A DNA stretch of 64,000 nucleotides from Clostridia bacterium (GCA_030625885.1 DAOUPZ010000004.1:116623-180622), one strand, 5' to 3'; counted from the first letter of the stretch, positions 9,949 to 20,949 are shown. Numbers and translations: made by a program. Notes: generated from the letters alone by a model not told the origin.

Positions 9949-11343
9949 CTATCGCTTCAGATTAACCAATTCCTGCAACATTTCATCAGAAGCGCTGATA
10001 ATACGGGAATTAGCTTGAAAGCCACGCTGTGTTACGATCATGTCGGTGAATTCCTGTGATAAGTCGACATTGGACATTTCCAAAGTTCCAGATGAAACCG
10101 CTCCTCGTTTACCTGTTCCTGACGTACCAATGTTGGCTTCCCCAGAGTTATTTGATTCCTGGTACAGGTTCTGCCCATCTTTGATTAATCCCGACGGATT
10201 GGTAAAGTGAGCCATCCCAACCTGAGCCAGTGTCTGGGCCTCTCCGTTGGAATATACGCCCGTCAGAATACCACTACCATCTATCGCATATTTAACCAAT
10301 TCACCCATAGAACGTCCTGCATGCTTCCCTTCAATATCTCCTTTTCGACCAGTTACTGTGGATTCTTCAGATGCAAATTGGGTGAGATTGGATAAATCAA
10401 TCTCTATATCCATTTCATCTAAATTGGCAGGTGTATAGGCCACTGATATTTTCTGGAAATTTGTATTTATTTTACCTACATCATCTGTCGTTTGAAATGA
10501 AATTTGTTTATAATCCGCACTATCAATTTGGGTTTGTTCCCCATCAATTGTTATGGAAAGATTCCAGTTGTTTTCTCCAGGATCCTCCCAATCTGTTTGT
10601 ACTTTGTCATCATTCAATTCGGGTTTCCCATCTGCATCCCGCTTAACGGTTGCTTTAGAAAAAGAAACTTCCATTTGGTGCTTGACACCCATTTCATCAT
10701 AAAAGCTAACAGGAACGGTATATGAATATTGTGTTTTTTCGTCATCCCCATCCGTGTACCCATCTAAAGAATCCTTATCCACATATGAATCGGTAGGGGT
10801 TTTCATCATATTACCCGAAACAGTAACAGCCTCTGTTTTTAATGGCGCAATGATTTTATCTTTAGGTAGAATCTGAATGGCCCCCATATCTGCCGGCGAT
10901 GTACTATTAATGATACCATCTTGCGCTAACCAACCCTGCACCTTTAAGCCAGTACCCATGCTCACCAGGTTATCATTGGTATCAAAATCAAAATCACCTA
11001 CACGTGTATAGGAAGACGCCTCGCCTTCACCCAAAACAAAAAAACCATCTCCCTGAATAGCAAGATCCAGCATTCTGCCTGTTGGTTGTAAACTCCCACC
11101 CGTATGAACCACATTGATTGATCCAAGTTTTGTACCTAATCCAACTTGAACGGGGTTAGTGCCACCTCGTTCATCCTGAGCTGCTGACGCACCACTAATC
11201 GTCTCATTTAACATATCTTGAAACGTCACCTGACTTTTTTTAAAACCAATCGTATTCACATTTGCAATATTATTACCAATGACATCCATCTTTGTCTGAT
11301 TAATTCGTAATCCAGACACAGCGGAAAACATAGAACGCATCAT
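9949..11343 (-). CDS. flgE: Flagellar hook protein FlgE
   Basis: N-terminal MMRSMFSAVSGLRINQTKMDVIGNNIANVNTIGFK and C-terminal VNLKR flagellar rod/hook signature domains; 464 aa. Confidence 0.9.
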   Translation of the reverse strand: MMRSMFSAVSGLRINQTKMDVIGNNIANVNTIGFKKSQVTFQDMLNETISGASAAQDERGGTNPVQVGLGTKLGSINVVHTGGSLQPTGRMLDLAIQGDGFFVLGEGEASSYTRVGDFDFDTNDNLVSMGTGLKVQGWLAQDGIINSTSPADMGAIQILPKDKIIAPLKTEAVTVSGNMMKTPTDSYVDKDSLDGYTDGDDEKTQYSYTVPVSFYDEMGVKHQMEVSFSKATVKRDADGKPELNDDKVQTDWEDPGENNWNLSITIDGEQTQIDSADYKQISFQTTDDVGKINTNFQKISVAYTPANLDEMDIEIDLSNLTQFASEESTVTGRKGDIEGKHAGRSMGELVKYAIDGSGILTGVYSNGEAQTLAQVGMAHFTNPSGLIKDGQNLYQESNNSGEANIGTSGTGKRGAVSSGTLEMSNVDLSQEFTDMIVTQRGFQANSRIISASDEMLQELVNLKR

Positions 11344-11430
11344 AATAATGACCTCCTTGAGTTTTTAAGTTTTTAAGTTTATACCGCTTCTATCATTCCA
11401 CGGCTCGGGCTTCCTCACTAAGGTCCAGCC

Positions 11431-11826
11431 CTAAGTTATTACGGCACTATCAATATTTGTAAAAACGTTTTCCTTCAGGTTCTGCCCATCCATTGCGGTG
11501 ATAACTGTATTGTTTTTTACACTGACCACAAAAGCCACATTTTTATCCTGCATTAAGATTAGGGAGTCCCGTGCACCTTTTTGAGCAACCTTCCCTATCG
11601 CCTGTTCAAGTTGTGTCATATCTCCCTCTGACAAATGAATATTACGCGATTGTAGTCGTTGCCTGGCATGTTGAGAAAATTTGAGCGGCGTTTGCGTCTG
11701 CAATTGTTGTGCTAGAACTTGCTCAAACTGACGATCAGCTGCCTTATTACTAGAAGGATTGGCATCAGGACGATTCTTCCCTACCGGAAAAACACCTGGA
11801 TTCATCATAATACGATGATTAACCAT
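11431..11826 (-). CDS. Flagellar operon protein of unknown function (TIGR02530-like)
   Basis: ~130 aa protein between flgD and flgE, the position this family occupies in Firmicute fla operons; start moved to internal Met to avoid long overlap with flgD. Confidence 0.45.
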   Translation of the reverse strand: MVNHRIMMNPGVFPVGKNRPDANPSSNKAADRQFEQVLAQQLQTQTPLKFSQHARQRLQSRNIHLSEGDMTQLEQAIGKVAQKGARDSLILMQDKNVAFVVSVKNNTVITAMDGQNLKENVFTNIDSAVIT

Positions 11827-12229
11827 TTTCAGCCCCCCCACGGACTTCCGTAACATCACTTGCATTAACAAGGATATCTCCAATTGTTACTTTAGGTCCT
11901 TCTTTTTCCATTTTAACACCTGTAACCACACCTTCTACAGGTTCCCCTTCGTTCGTTGTTGCACTCACCCATTTCCCTAGCATGCCCAGCGCCTGTACCT
12001 GAGCTAAATTCCCGCTCATGTTTTGGGATTGTTCTAAAGCAGAAAATTGTGCCATCTGGGCAATGAAATCTTCATTTTCCATGGGGGACATGGGGTCTTG
12101 ATAACGCAATTGCGTGACTAATAATTGTAAAAACTCATCTTTCCCCAGTTCGTTCTTAGGTGTCCTATTTGTTGCATTCGTTTGATTACCAGCTGAATAA
12201 CTTCCATTAACGCTGGATACACCATCCAT
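11819..12229 (-). CDS. flgD: Flagellar hook capping/assembly protein FlgD
   Basis: KDEFLQLLVTQLRYQDPMSPMENEDFIAQMAQFSALEQ is the conserved FlgD N-terminal region. Confidence 0.8.
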   Translation of the reverse strand: MDGVSSVNGSYSAGNQTNATNRTPKNELGKDEFLQLLVTQLRYQDPMSPMENEDFIAQMAQFSALEQSQNMSGNLAQVQALGMLGKWVSATTNEGEPVEGVVTGVKMEKEGPKVTIGDILVNASDVTEVRGGAENG

Positions 12230-12240
12230 ATTTCCGCCTC

Positions 12241-13683
12241 CTATACCCTATAATCTACGGATTCACTCATGCCTGTTGGCGCAATGAGCTGTTGATTGAC
12301 AACCTCATCCTCCCAAGTGATTCCCTCTTCTTCATGATATCCATTTGAAAAATAAAATTGCTGTTTGGAATGTTGCTGATGAAAGGAATGACTGCCAAAA
12401 GACTGTTGCTGCAAGTCATGATCCTGACCCACAAAGACCTGCACATTTTGTACTTTTAAACCCTGCTCCTCAAAATGATGTCGCAACTGGATCATTTGGC
12501 TTTCTATCGCTTCTTTGACCTGGTGGTTTTGAACAAAAAATTTAGCTGTCAGCGTGCCATTCTCAAGTGCAACTTTCATGCTTAGTTCACCCAAGTATTC
12601 AGGTTTAAGCTGTATTTTCATTTCATGCAAACCCTCTTTGGACATCAGCGATGCTTTTGAGACAATCTGCTCCATCACATTCTCTGATGATGAACTTTCA
12701 CCTGTTTCCATCACAGCTGCTTCGTTTCCCATTTCCATTATAGGCTTAAATAAAACGTCTTTGGGACTTCCTTCCATCATATTAGACATGGTACTTTGAT
12801 GTGAAGGCTGCAAAGCAGCTTTCTCCTGATCTTCTACTGATAATCCTGGGAGTACTATTTTTGTTTGCTCGTTCATGTTTTTCGTATTATCATGAATACC
12901 AGGTTTCTTACTTAAGTTTTTCAATTGATTAATGACTTGAGATTTTTCTAAGAGTGATTGATCATTTTTTGTGTCTATGCCATTCTTGATAGCTGCCTTT
13001 ACATGGGTTGTTTTTGCTTTTAACTTTCCAGATTCATCTGCATGAATAGCTGCCAGTTGTTCTTCAGAATCTATTAATTGTATACCCCGTCCATCACCAT
13101 TCGGTTTAGAACTATTTAAATTTTCCTCAAGCACAACTTGAACCATCTGCTGCAACTTTTCTTCTGCTCCTGCTATTCCCTTTATCCATACTTCCAAGTC
13201 AATTACCTTATGATTCGTCATCATGGTATCCTGAATACTTTGAAGCAGTTTTTCACTCTCTTCTGTAAACCCAGCAGCATTTAAGGTTTGCACCATATTA
13301 TTAGCAATCTCTATTAACTGGTCTGGTGTCATTTCTTGTTCAACTGCTGGTAATGCAACCGCCAAATCTTCTACATTCTTTGTTTCATCTGCTGATTTTT
13401 CCTTGGTTTTGGCCTTCTCTACATTATCATTGTTATGACTTAAATAATCTTCACTTTTTATATGTTTTCTCTTACTAAGATCTGATCCAGATCCAGCTTG
13501 ACCTTGAATTGCTGACTCACCCTGTTTTTCCTGCAAGGACTTATTAAACATCTTCGCAAAATCATTAGTCCCTGCCTTTTTGTTCTTAAAACCACAAGAT
13601 TTAACAGCTGATAATTCATGAGTTTGACTCATCAAAAGCATATTCGCATCATATTGTTCCACTTTCTCACCTCCTTTCAACAA
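12241..13683 (-). CDS. fliK: Flagellar hook-length control protein FliK
   Basis: C-terminal Flg_hook domain (IQLKPEYLGELSMKVALENGTLTAKFFVQNHQVKEAIESQMIQLRHHFEEQGLKV) with a long low-complexity N-terminal ruler region. Confidence 0.7.
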   Translation of the reverse strand: MLKGGEKVEQYDANMLLMSQTHELSAVKSCGFKNKKAGTNDFAKMFNKSLQEKQGESAIQGQAGSGSDLSKRKHIKSEDYLSHNNDNVEKAKTKEKSADETKNVEDLAVALPAVEQEMTPDQLIEIANNMVQTLNAAGFTEESEKLLQSIQDTMMTNHKVIDLEVWIKGIAGAEEKLQQMVQVVLEENLNSSKPNGDGRGIQLIDSEEQLAAIHADESGKLKAKTTHVKAAIKNGIDTKNDQSLLEKSQVINQLKNLSKKPGIHDNTKNMNEQTKIVLPGLSVEDQEKAALQPSHQSTMSNMMEGSPKDVLFKPIMEMGNEAAVMETGESSSSENVMEQIVSKASLMSKEGLHEMKIQLKPEYLGELSMKVALENGTLTAKFFVQNHQVKEAIESQMIQLRHHFEEQGLKVQNVQVFVGQDHDLQQQSFGSHSFHQQHSKQQFYFSNGYHEEEGITWEDEVVNQQLIAPTGMSESVDYRV

Positions 13684-13693
13684 ACATTATAAA

Positions 13694-14332
13694 CTATTGA
13701 TATTCTCCACTCATCATCCTAGTAATTCGTGCTGCCTGCTGTGGATCCATCACCCCTAAAATGGGGGCAACAGCGTCCGGTTTCATAAAATTGAATATTT
13801 GTACAATGAGATTATCATCCAGCACAGCAATAATCTCCTGTGCTTCTTTAGGCTTCATTTCTGCATAAAGTTTAGCCAAAAGCTTATAATTTTTTTCATA
13901 TGAGGTAACCGTTTCCACAGCTCCGCCATTTGTCTCATCAGTTTCAGTACTGTTAGCCTCGCTTTTTTCCAATTCCCACTCTATTTTTTCTGCTTCAAAT
14001 TGAGTTCGTTCTTCTGTCAATTGTACTTGAAGATCCTTTAACTCTACTTCTTTTTGCTTTAATTCTTCTATAGTAGGCAAATCTTCACCCTGATCTTCTG
14101 TTTTTTCAAAGTACTTCCCCACAACTGGAATGCTCTTAAAATTATTATCGGCAAATTCCTTAACACCCAATAGTCCTGAAAAGTATAAAGCTGTAAAAAT
14201 ACCTAATCCCAAAACAATTAATAACAGCAATACAAATATCATTTTACGTACAAGGGACTTTTTTTTATTTACCTTAGGCATCTTATCTTGAGTCGATTGT
14301 GCTAATTGCTGTGAAGATTTTTTAGGTTTCAT
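13694..14332 (-). CDS. Flagellar protein YlxF/MotE-like (MgtE-N-like C-terminal domain)
   Basis: N-terminal TM, coiled-coil middle, and C-terminal AQEIIAVLDDNLIVQIFNFMKPDAVAPILGVMDPQQAARI resembling the MgtE_N/FliG-like fold; occupies the ylxF position between fliJ and fliK. Confidence 0.5.
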   Translation of the reverse strand: MKPKKSSQQLAQSTQDKMPKVNKKKSLVRKMIFVLLLLIVLGLGIFTALYFSGLLGVKEFADNNFKSIPVVGKYFEKTEDQGEDLPTIEELKQKEVELKDLQVQLTEERTQFEAEKIEWELEKSEANSTETDETNGGAVETVTSYEKNYKLLAKLYAEMKPKEAQEIIAVLDDNLIVQIFNFMKPDAVAPILGVMDPQQAARITRMMSGEYQ

Positions 14333-14858
14333 AATAACTCAATACCTTCTTTACATAGTTTTGCGTCTCTTTAAAAGGAGGGATGCCTTGATAATGTTCC
14401 ACATTTCCAGGACCTGCATTATAAGCAGCTAATGCAAGCGAAACATCCCCATCAAACTGTTTTAACATTTGATGCAGATACTTAATTCCCCCCACAATAT
14501 TCTCTTTAGGATCAAAAATGTTATTAACGCCCAAATTTTTGGCTGTTTGAGGCATCAATTGCATAATCCCTTTAGCGCCTGCGCGCGATATGGCTCTAGG
14601 ATTAAAATTAGATTCTGCTCTGGCTACTGCTTTCACCAAATCAGGCTCAACGCCATATTGAACGGCCAGTGTTTCAATCATTGGCGCATAAATTTTCTCT
14701 TCTGAATCACCATGTGTTTTATCCTGCTGCAACTGTTTTAAAGCTGCAGCAAATTGTCCCTCATTTATTTCTTGCGAAGAACGGGTTGATGTTTGCTGGG
14801 TATGAAAACGTGATTGTATTTCACCCATCCTCACTAGCACACGATTAAATCCAGTCAT
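14322..14858 (-). CDS. Lytic transglycosylase (SLT domain) encoded within the flagellar operon
   Basis: GIMQLMPQTAKNLGV...AYNAGPGNV matches the soluble lytic transglycosylase catalytic domain. Confidence 0.7.
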   Translation of the reverse strand: MTGFNRVLVRMGEIQSRFHTQQTSTRSSQEINEGQFAAALKQLQQDKTHGDSEEKIYAPMIETLAVQYGVEPDLVKAVARAESNFNPRAISRAGAKGIMQLMPQTAKNLGVNNIFDPKENIVGGIKYLHQMLKQFDGDVSLALAAYNAGPGNVEHYQGIPPFKETQNYVKKVLSYYET

Positions 14859-14871
14859 TTTATCACCTCAA

Positions 14872-15312
14872 TTATTTATGTGTACCCATCATGGTTGAAA
14901 TTTCATCAACCTGCTGCTGCTCGTATTTTTTTAACATCTTTCCATAATCCTCAATATGTTTTTCTTTCAGCTTTTCGAGTTTCTTTTTTTCTCTTACGGC
15001 TTCTAGTAAATTTTCTTGAGCTATGTTCAAACTGTCATACAATGTCTTCACATTCAAAGTTTCTCTCTCTATTTGATTTTCCAATTGATAGATAAAACGT
15101 TGATAAAATTGAACCTGTTCTATTTCAATACAACCAAGTTGAGCTTCACGGTACCCCATACGATATGTATCACATTTATTTTTAAGTTCTTTCAGGTTTT
15201 CATCTGCTTCTTCGTAAGTTACTTGTGCCGCTTTAAACTGCGCCTGCCTTTCATCTTCTTCTCTTTGTTTAAGATCAAGGATCTTTTCCAATTTAAAGCG
15301 AAATTTTTGCAT
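14872..15312 (-). CDS. fliJ: Flagellar export chaperone FliJ
   Basis: 146 aa all-coiled-coil protein directly downstream of fliI. Confidence 0.65.
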   Translation of the reverse strand: MQKFRFKLEKILDLKQREEDERQAQFKAAQVTYEEADENLKELKNKCDTYRMGYREAQLGCIEIEQVQFYQRFIYQLENQIERETLNVKTLYDSLNIAQENLLEAVREKKKLEKLKEKHIEDYGKMLKKYEQQQVDEISTMMGTHK

Positions 15313-15338
15313 GTTTCTTCCGCTCCTTAATCTTTATA

Positions 15339-16667
15339 TTATTGTTTTTTTTCATAAAACAGATCATACAGTTCCTGTTTTATGGCTTCGAAATTACAAT
15401 TTTCATGAACATCTTGTTTCAAAAAACTATTTATCTTCTCAATCATTTCTAGGGCATAATCAATGCGGGGATTTGCACCCTGACGATAAGCACCTATTTG
15501 TATAAGGTCCTCCGCTTCTTTATAAACAGCTAGAACTGACCGCAGTTGATTCGCCAATGATCGATGGTCTTCCCCCACAATGTCATTCATAACACGACTA
15601 ATGCTTCCCAAAACATCGATAGCTGGATAATGATTCTGTGTCGCTAATTTTCGTGAGAGTACAATATGCCCATCTAAAATACCTCTTGCTGCATCAGCAA
15701 TAGGTTCATCCATATCCCCACCATCTACTAATACCGTATAAAGACCTGTAATTGTTCCACGAGCGGAAGTACCGGAACGCTCTAGCAATTTAGGCAACAA
15801 AGCAAAAACAGATGGTGTATAACCTTTAGTAGCAGGGGGCTCACCTACGGCTAAACCCACCTCCCGTTGTGCCATTGCAAAACGTGTCACCGAATCCATC
15901 ATTAACATGACATCTTTACCTTGATCCCGAAAGTATTCTGCAATAGCCGTTGCCACCATAGCACCCTTAATACGAACGAGCGCAGGCTGATCAGATGTAG
16001 CGACTACAATAACAGAACGGGCTAAACCTTCCTCTCCCAGATCCTTTTCCAAAAAGTCTCTCACTTCCCGACCACGCTCACCAATTAATGCAATCACATT
16101 AACATCTGCTACAGTATTACGAGCAATCATCCCTAGAAGCGTACTCTTTCCTACACCACTACCGGCAAAAATCCCCATTCTCTGTCCTTTTCCACATGTT
16201 ATCAATCCATCAATTGCTTTAACACCCAAAGGCAACGGTTCAGCTATACGTTTGCGCGCTAAAGGATTAGGGGGCGTATTATAAACAGGATAAGAAAGCT
16301 TTGTTTGTAAAGCACCATGAGCATCTATGGGATTCCCTAAACCATCAAGTACTCTCCCTAACAATTCCTCCCCTACTTGAACCGAAAGGGCATGGCCTGT
16401 CGCATTAACTTCACAACCCGGACCAATTCCTTCCATTTCCCCCAAAGGCATGAGGAGTACTTTGTTGCCTTTAAACCCAACAACCTCTGCTTGTATGTAA
16501 CGATTTAAACGGGCAGAATAAAGATAGCATAATTCTCCCAAGTTAGCCCCTGGACCATGAGATTCAATAATAAGACCAATTACTTCTGTAACCTTCCCGT
16601 TAAGTTTGATTGTTTCAAGATAGTCTAGTGCATCCCAATACTTTCCCAAGTCAAGCATTTCCATCAT
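15339..16667 (-). CDS. fliI: Flagellum-specific ATP synthase FliI
   Basis: Walker [18 protein letters not shown], Walker B and F1-ATPase beta-like fold; start placed at internal Met near fliH stop. Confidence 0.9.
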   Translation of the reverse strand: MMEMLDLGKYWDALDYLETIKLNGKVTEVIGLIIESHGPGANLGELCYLYSARLNRYIQAEVVGFKGNKVLLMPLGEMEGIGPGCEVNATGHALSVQVGEELLGRVLDGLGNPIDAHGALQTKLSYPVYNTPPNPLARKRIAEPLPLGVKAIDGLITCGKGQRMGIFAGSGVGKSTLLGMIARNTVADVNVIALIGERGREVRDFLEKDLGEEGLARSVIVVATSDQPALVRIKGAMVATAIAEYFRDQGKDVMLMMDSVTRFAMAQREVGLAVGEPPATKGYTPSVFALLPKLLERSGTSARGTITGLYTVLVDGGDMDEPIADAARGILDGHIVLSRKLATQNHYPAIDVLGSISRVMNDIVGEDHRSLANQLRSVLAVYKEAEDLIQIGAYRQGANPRIDYALEMIEKINSFLKQDVHENCNFEAIKQELYDLFYEKKQ

Positions 16668-17436
16668 GCACCTCTGCCCCTGCAATTTCTGAAAAAGCTT
16701 GCATGATTTCTTGGAATTGGGATTCAATTTGACTATTAACGGTATCTAAAGGTGATTCAATAATACACCCTCCTGAAAGAATGCGTTCGTCTTCGGTGAT
16801 AACCAGTTCTTCAATCTCGGAATTTAACTTCAGTAATTCTTGCCTCTGAGATTGAAGCACTTCATAATCCTGTGGATTAATTTTGACTGTCATTTTAGTT
16901 TTATCTGTAACCTTTTTTACAGCTTGCTTTACAACACTAAAGACAACGTTCGTATTCATTGTAATTTCTGTATGAATTACTTTTTTTGCAATAGCTAATA
17001 TTAATCGCACGATTTCCGGCTCCAACGCCGTCATCATCTCTGCCGCTTTTTTCTTCATTTCTTTCTCAATATCTTTTGCTCGGATCAGTGCAGCAGCTAA
17101 TTCCTTCCTGCCTGCTTCAGTCCCTTCCCGCTTCCCCTTTTCAAACCCTTCTTTTTGTTTTTGACGCATCATTTCTTGTCCTTCTTGCTCAGCACGAGTC
17201 ATCATAGCACGCGTTTCTGTTTCCGCATCCTGCAACCTGGCCTCTATTTCAGACTGAATTTCTTTTTGCCTTTGCTGTAACTCAGAAATTTTTTCTTCCA
17301 TATCCTGAACAATCTTTTGTTCTTGAGGAATCTCGGTTTTGGGTTCTTCAGATGTTTTCTGCAGCGGTGGTTCAATGGAGAAAACATAAGGTTGAGCAGC
17401 AACCATTCGTTCCGATTTAATGATATTATTAGACAA
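16651..17436 (-). CDS. fliH: Flagellar assembly protein FliH
   Basis: Charged coiled-coil N-terminus and FliH C-terminal domain; lies between fliG and fliI. Confidence 0.7.
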   Translation of the reverse strand: MSNNIIKSERMVAAQPYVFSIEPPLQKTSEEPKTEIPQEQKIVQDMEEKISELQQRQKEIQSEIEARLQDAETETRAMMTRAEQEGQEMMRQKQKEGFEKGKREGTEAGRKELAAALIRAKDIEKEMKKKAAEMMTALEPEIVRLILAIAKKVIHTEITMNTNVVFSVVKQAVKKVTDKTKMTVKINPQDYEVLQSQRQELLKLNSEIEELVITEDERILSGGCIIESPLDTVNSQIESQFQEIMQAFSEIAGAEVHDGNA

Positions 17437-18442
17437 TTAAGTCACTCTCCCCGCCGCGTGCAACAACAATTTCTCCTGCTTCTTCCAACTTACGAACCAG
17501 GTTAACAATTTTTTGCTGAGCCTCTTCAACATCTCGCAAGCGTACAGGTCCCATAAATTCGATATCTTCTTTAAGCGTATCGGCAGCTCGGGAAGAAATG
17601 TTTTTAAAGATTTTTTCACCCGCTTCTTCGCTGCTGCCCTTTAATGCCAATGCTAAATCTTTCATATCCACTTCACGTAATACACGTTGCATAGAACGGT
17701 CGTCTAAGACAATCAAATCTTCAAATACAAACATGCGTTTCTTGATTTCTTCAGCCAATTCCGGATTGTCCAGTTCCAAATCTTCTAATATTGTTTTTTC
17801 AGCCCCTCGATCAACCAGATTTAATATCTCGACAATATTTTGAATACCGCCAACACTGGTAAAGTCCTGAGTGACTAATGAAGATAATTTCATTTCCAAT
17901 ACTTTTTCTACTTCCCGAATAATTTCTGGAGACGTACGATCCATTGTTGCGATACGTTCGGCCACATCGGCTTGTTTTTCATTAGGCAATGCGGAAAGAA
18001 TCATTGCTGCCTGGTCAGGATCTAAGTATGCCAGAATGAGTGCTATGGTTTGAGGGTGTTCATTTTGAATATAGTTAAGCAGTTGTCCCGGATCCGTTTT
18101 ACGAATAAAATCAAAAGGTTTAACTTGAAGTGTAGAGGTTAAGCGATTAATAATGTCCATGGCTTTTTGGCCGCCTAAAGCACGCTCCAATACTTCCCGA
18201 GCATAACTAATACCACCTTCAGAAATAAAATCCTGAGCGATACACATTTGATGAAATTCATCCAATATGTCTTGCCGCTCTTCACTAGAAATCTTACTGA
18301 TATTAGCAATTTCTAATGTCAATTGTTCAATTTCTTCTTCAGATAGATGCTTGAATATTTCCGCTGATGCCTCTGAACCCAGGGTAATTAATAATACAGC
18401 TGCTTTTTTCTTTCCTGATAATATTTCAGCTTTTCTGACCAT
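17429..18442 (-). CDS. fliG: Flagellar motor switch protein FliG
   Basis: 337 aa; KAAVLLITLG...EIFKHLSEEEIEQLTLEIA N-terminus and C-terminal torque helix region typical of FliG. Confidence 0.9.
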   Translation of the reverse strand: MVRKAEILSGKKKAAVLLITLGSEASAEIFKHLSEEEIEQLTLEIANISKISSEERQDILDEFHQMCIAQDFISEGGISYAREVLERALGGQKAMDIINRLTSTLQVKPFDFIRKTDPGQLLNYIQNEHPQTIALILAYLDPDQAAMILSALPNEKQADVAERIATMDRTSPEIIREVEKVLEMKLSSLVTQDFTSVGGIQNIVEILNLVDRGAEKTILEDLELDNPELAEEIKKRMFVFEDLIVLDDRSMQRVLREVDMKDLALALKGSSEEAGEKIFKNISSRAADTLKEDIEFMGPVRLRDVEEAQQKIVNLVRKLEEAGEIVVARGGESDLIV

Positions 18443-18454
18443 TCCCCTTCACTC

Positions 18455-20023
18455 CTAATCTTCTGATAACCAAACTTTCAAAATCTGCACGACATTTTCT
18501 GGTTGTGTATGTACAAGATCTTTAATCTCTTGGTGTATTTTCTTCCGTTTTGCATCTTCCGGCGACAATTCTTCAATTTCAATATCATCCTCTAAGTCAT
18601 CCGCCTCTTTCATAGCCATAGATGCTGAAATTTCTTCGCCAATAACATCTTCTTGCTTGCGCCGCCGACGCATCACAAACCCTATACCTAATCCTGTTAC
18701 CAATATAGCAATCGCCCCGATCGCTAACAATAGTTGAGTTCTCTTTTGTTCTTTTTCATTGGTTGCAAACTGTTCGTTAAATTGATCCTGAATCTCAGTA
18801 TTAAAATTCATACCCTGAACAACAACTTGATCCCCACGCGCTGCATCATAGCCAACAACACCACCCACCAAATCTGTAATGACTTTCTGCTTCTGTACAT
18901 TTAAATCAGAACTGACAATGACAGCAACTGAAATCTTGTTAATGGTTCCAGGTGATATAACACTATGAATCTTTCTCTCATTTATCTCAAAATTAGTTCT
19001 TTCTTCCGTATGTTCATATTCTGTACTACCATCATCCACTGCCTGATAACCCGATAGATTGCTTTCTGTACCGGGAATGCCGCCCGGAATATCACTCCCA
19101 CTTCCGTTAAATGATTCTTTTATTTCTTCTACACTCCGAGCAATTCCGCCATCTTCCATAGGGGGTGTATATTGGACCTCATCAACGGTAGAATGGTCTA
19201 AATTAATATCTGCATTCACTTTCGCCGTCACTTTACCCATTCCAAAAACTTTTTCCAGCATACTTTTGATATCTTTTTCCAGGCTTTTATTAAATTGTTT
19301 GCGAATCTCTAATTGATCCATTGTAAACTGATTAGACTGAAAATCATCTTCTTCTCCAATATTTTCAGAAAGAATCATCCCATTCTGATCGACTACTGTT
19401 ACATTCTCTGGCTCTAACCCTTCAACCCCTCTTGCAACTAGATGAACAATACCTTTTATCTGTTCCTGGTTCAACTGTTTTCCGGGAGAAATCTTTAAAA
19501 GGACTGAAGCCGTTGCATCTTTTTGTTCGTCGATAAAAAGTGTTTCTTTAGGGACAACCATATTAACAACAGCCGCATCTACCCCCACAATTTGTTCCAA
19601 ACTCGTCTCTAACTCTTCTTTAAGCGCTATATGATACTTCACTTGCTTATCCGTATCCGTCTCACCTAATTTTCCTGCATCAAAACGACTAAACCCTGCT
19701 TTCCCTTTGGGTAATCCTTCATTGGCAAGATTGACTCTCAGACCATAAACTTCCTTTTGCGGCACCACAATCGTGCTGCCACCGTCTTCCAAACGATACT
19801 CAATATTCTTTTCCTGCAATTTCTCTACAACAGCTCCAGCATCTTGAGAGCTTAAATCCGTAAACAAAGGCATATAATGCGGATTACTTGCCCAATTGAT
19901 CAGCATGCCCATCCCCAAGAGAACTAAAATAACAGAACCGATAATGATTCCCCTCTGTTTTTTACTTAAGCCTTGCCATATCTCAATAAGTTGTTGTTTC
20001 CAATGCAATAATAGCTCTTTCAT
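18455..20023 (-). CDS. fliF: Flagellar M-ring protein FliF
   Basis: ~520 aa with N- and C-terminal TM segments and a central YscJ/FliF ring domain. Confidence 0.9.
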   Translation of the reverse strand: MKELLLHWKQQLIEIWQGLSKKQRGIIIGSVILVLLGMGMLINWASNPHYMPLFTDLSSQDAGAVVEKLQEKNIEYRLEDGGSTIVVPQKEVYGLRVNLANEGLPKGKAGFSRFDAGKLGETDTDKQVKYHIALKEELETSLEQIVGVDAAVVNMVVPKETLFIDEQKDATASVLLKISPGKQLNQEQIKGIVHLVARGVEGLEPENVTVVDQNGMILSENIGEEDDFQSNQFTMDQLEIRKQFNKSLEKDIKSMLEKVFGMGKVTAKVNADINLDHSTVDEVQYTPPMEDGGIARSVEEIKESFNGSGSDIPGGIPGTESNLSGYQAVDDGSTEYEHTEERTNFEINERKIHSVISPGTINKISVAVIVSSDLNVQKQKVITDLVGGVVGYDAARGDQVVVQGMNFNTEIQDQFNEQFATNEKEQKRTQLLLAIGAIAILVTGLGIGFVMRRRRKQEDVIGEEISASMAMKEADDLEDDIEIEELSPEDAKRKKIHQEIKDLVHTQPENVVQILKVWLSED

Positions 20024-20183
20024 TCGTAAGACGCTCCTCAACTAATCTATATAGGTCTTCTTTGTAATGATCGTTATAGATAAACAAACAAAAAATTTTT
20101 TTGACACATAGGGACATACCACTCATACTTTGTGGGATGTCCCCTAATGTCTTGTTTTCCTTTAACATTCCTTCTTCTTTGAA

Positions 20184-20483
20184 TTACACCTGCATCCTCA
20201 TAATTTCTTGATAAGCTTCTACCATTTTATTCCTAATTTCTAACGTCAATTGCAAGGCCATATTCGCTTTTTCCGTTGCAATGACCACATCATGCAAATC
20301 CGTACTTTTCCCCATAGCAAGTTCCAACGTTTTTTGTTCTCCATCTTTCTGTAAATGATTTACTTCACTAATCGCGTTTTTTAACATATCTTTGAACCCA
20401 GCCGCTTTATCCGTCTCTTGCTTACCGCTACGGTTTAGACCATCAGCTGTCGATTGAACAGGTAATCCCGTTATTCCTCTCAT
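20184..20483 (-). CDS. fliE: Flagellar hook-basal body complex protein FliE
   Basis: 99 aa with conserved C-terminus ALQLTLEIRNKMVEAYQEIMRMQV. Confidence 0.8.
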   Translation of the reverse strand: MRGITGLPVQSTADGLNRSGKQETDKAAGFKDMLKNAISEVNHLQKDGEQKTLELAMGKSTDLHDVVIATEKANMALQLTLEIRNKMVEAYQEIMRMQV

Positions 20484-20499
20484 TACCTAACCCTCTTTC

Positions 20500-20949
20500 C
20501 TAACCCCGACCAATTTCTAGTGCCTGCATAGCCATTCCCTTAGCTGCATTCACAACTGTCACATTCGCTTCATATGCTCTGGAGGCACTTATCATATCTA
20601 CCATTTCCTTAACAATATTAACATTAGGCATTGCCACATAACCTTTTTCATTCGCATCAGGGTGCTGTGGATCGTAAACCATTTTAAATGGCTCCTGATC
20701 TTCTACAATACCAACAACTTTTACACCTAACCCCTGATACGTATCGCTTTTCCCTCTCGCTTGTTGCAACACTTCATAAAAAGAATCCTTTTGCCTTGAT
20801 TCATAAACCGGCATTTGTCGCCGATAGGCTTCCCCTGTATTGGTACGAGTGGCATTCACATTCGCAATATTATTAGAAATAATATCCATACGCAATCTTT
20901 CTGCTGTCAAACCAGAAGCTGCAATATCGATAGAACGAAAAATAGACAT
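20500..20949 (-). CDS. flgC: Flagellar basal-body rod protein FlgC
   Basis: MSIFRSIDIAASGLTAERLRMDIISNNIANVNATRT rod N-terminal motif and C-terminal rod motif. Confidence 0.9.
   Translation of the reverse strand: MSIFRSIDIAASGLTAERLRMDIISNNIANVNATRTNTGEAYRRQMPVYESRQKDSFYEVLQQARGKSDTYQGLGVKVVGIVEDQEPFKMVYDPQHPDANEKGYVAMPNVNIVKEMVDMISASRAYEANVTVVNAAKGMAMQALEIGRG

Noticed and set aside
10207-10725. Four overlapping plus-strand ORFs antisense to flgE
   Set aside because: Antisense to a well-supported hook protein gene, mutually overlapping in different frames, with no recognisable domains.
19983-20168. 61-aa minus-strand ORF between fliF and fliE
   Set aside because: Its 5' part overlaps the fliF N-terminus in another frame; no RBS and no similarity to anything; the remaining ~140-bp gap is ordinary intergenic sequence.
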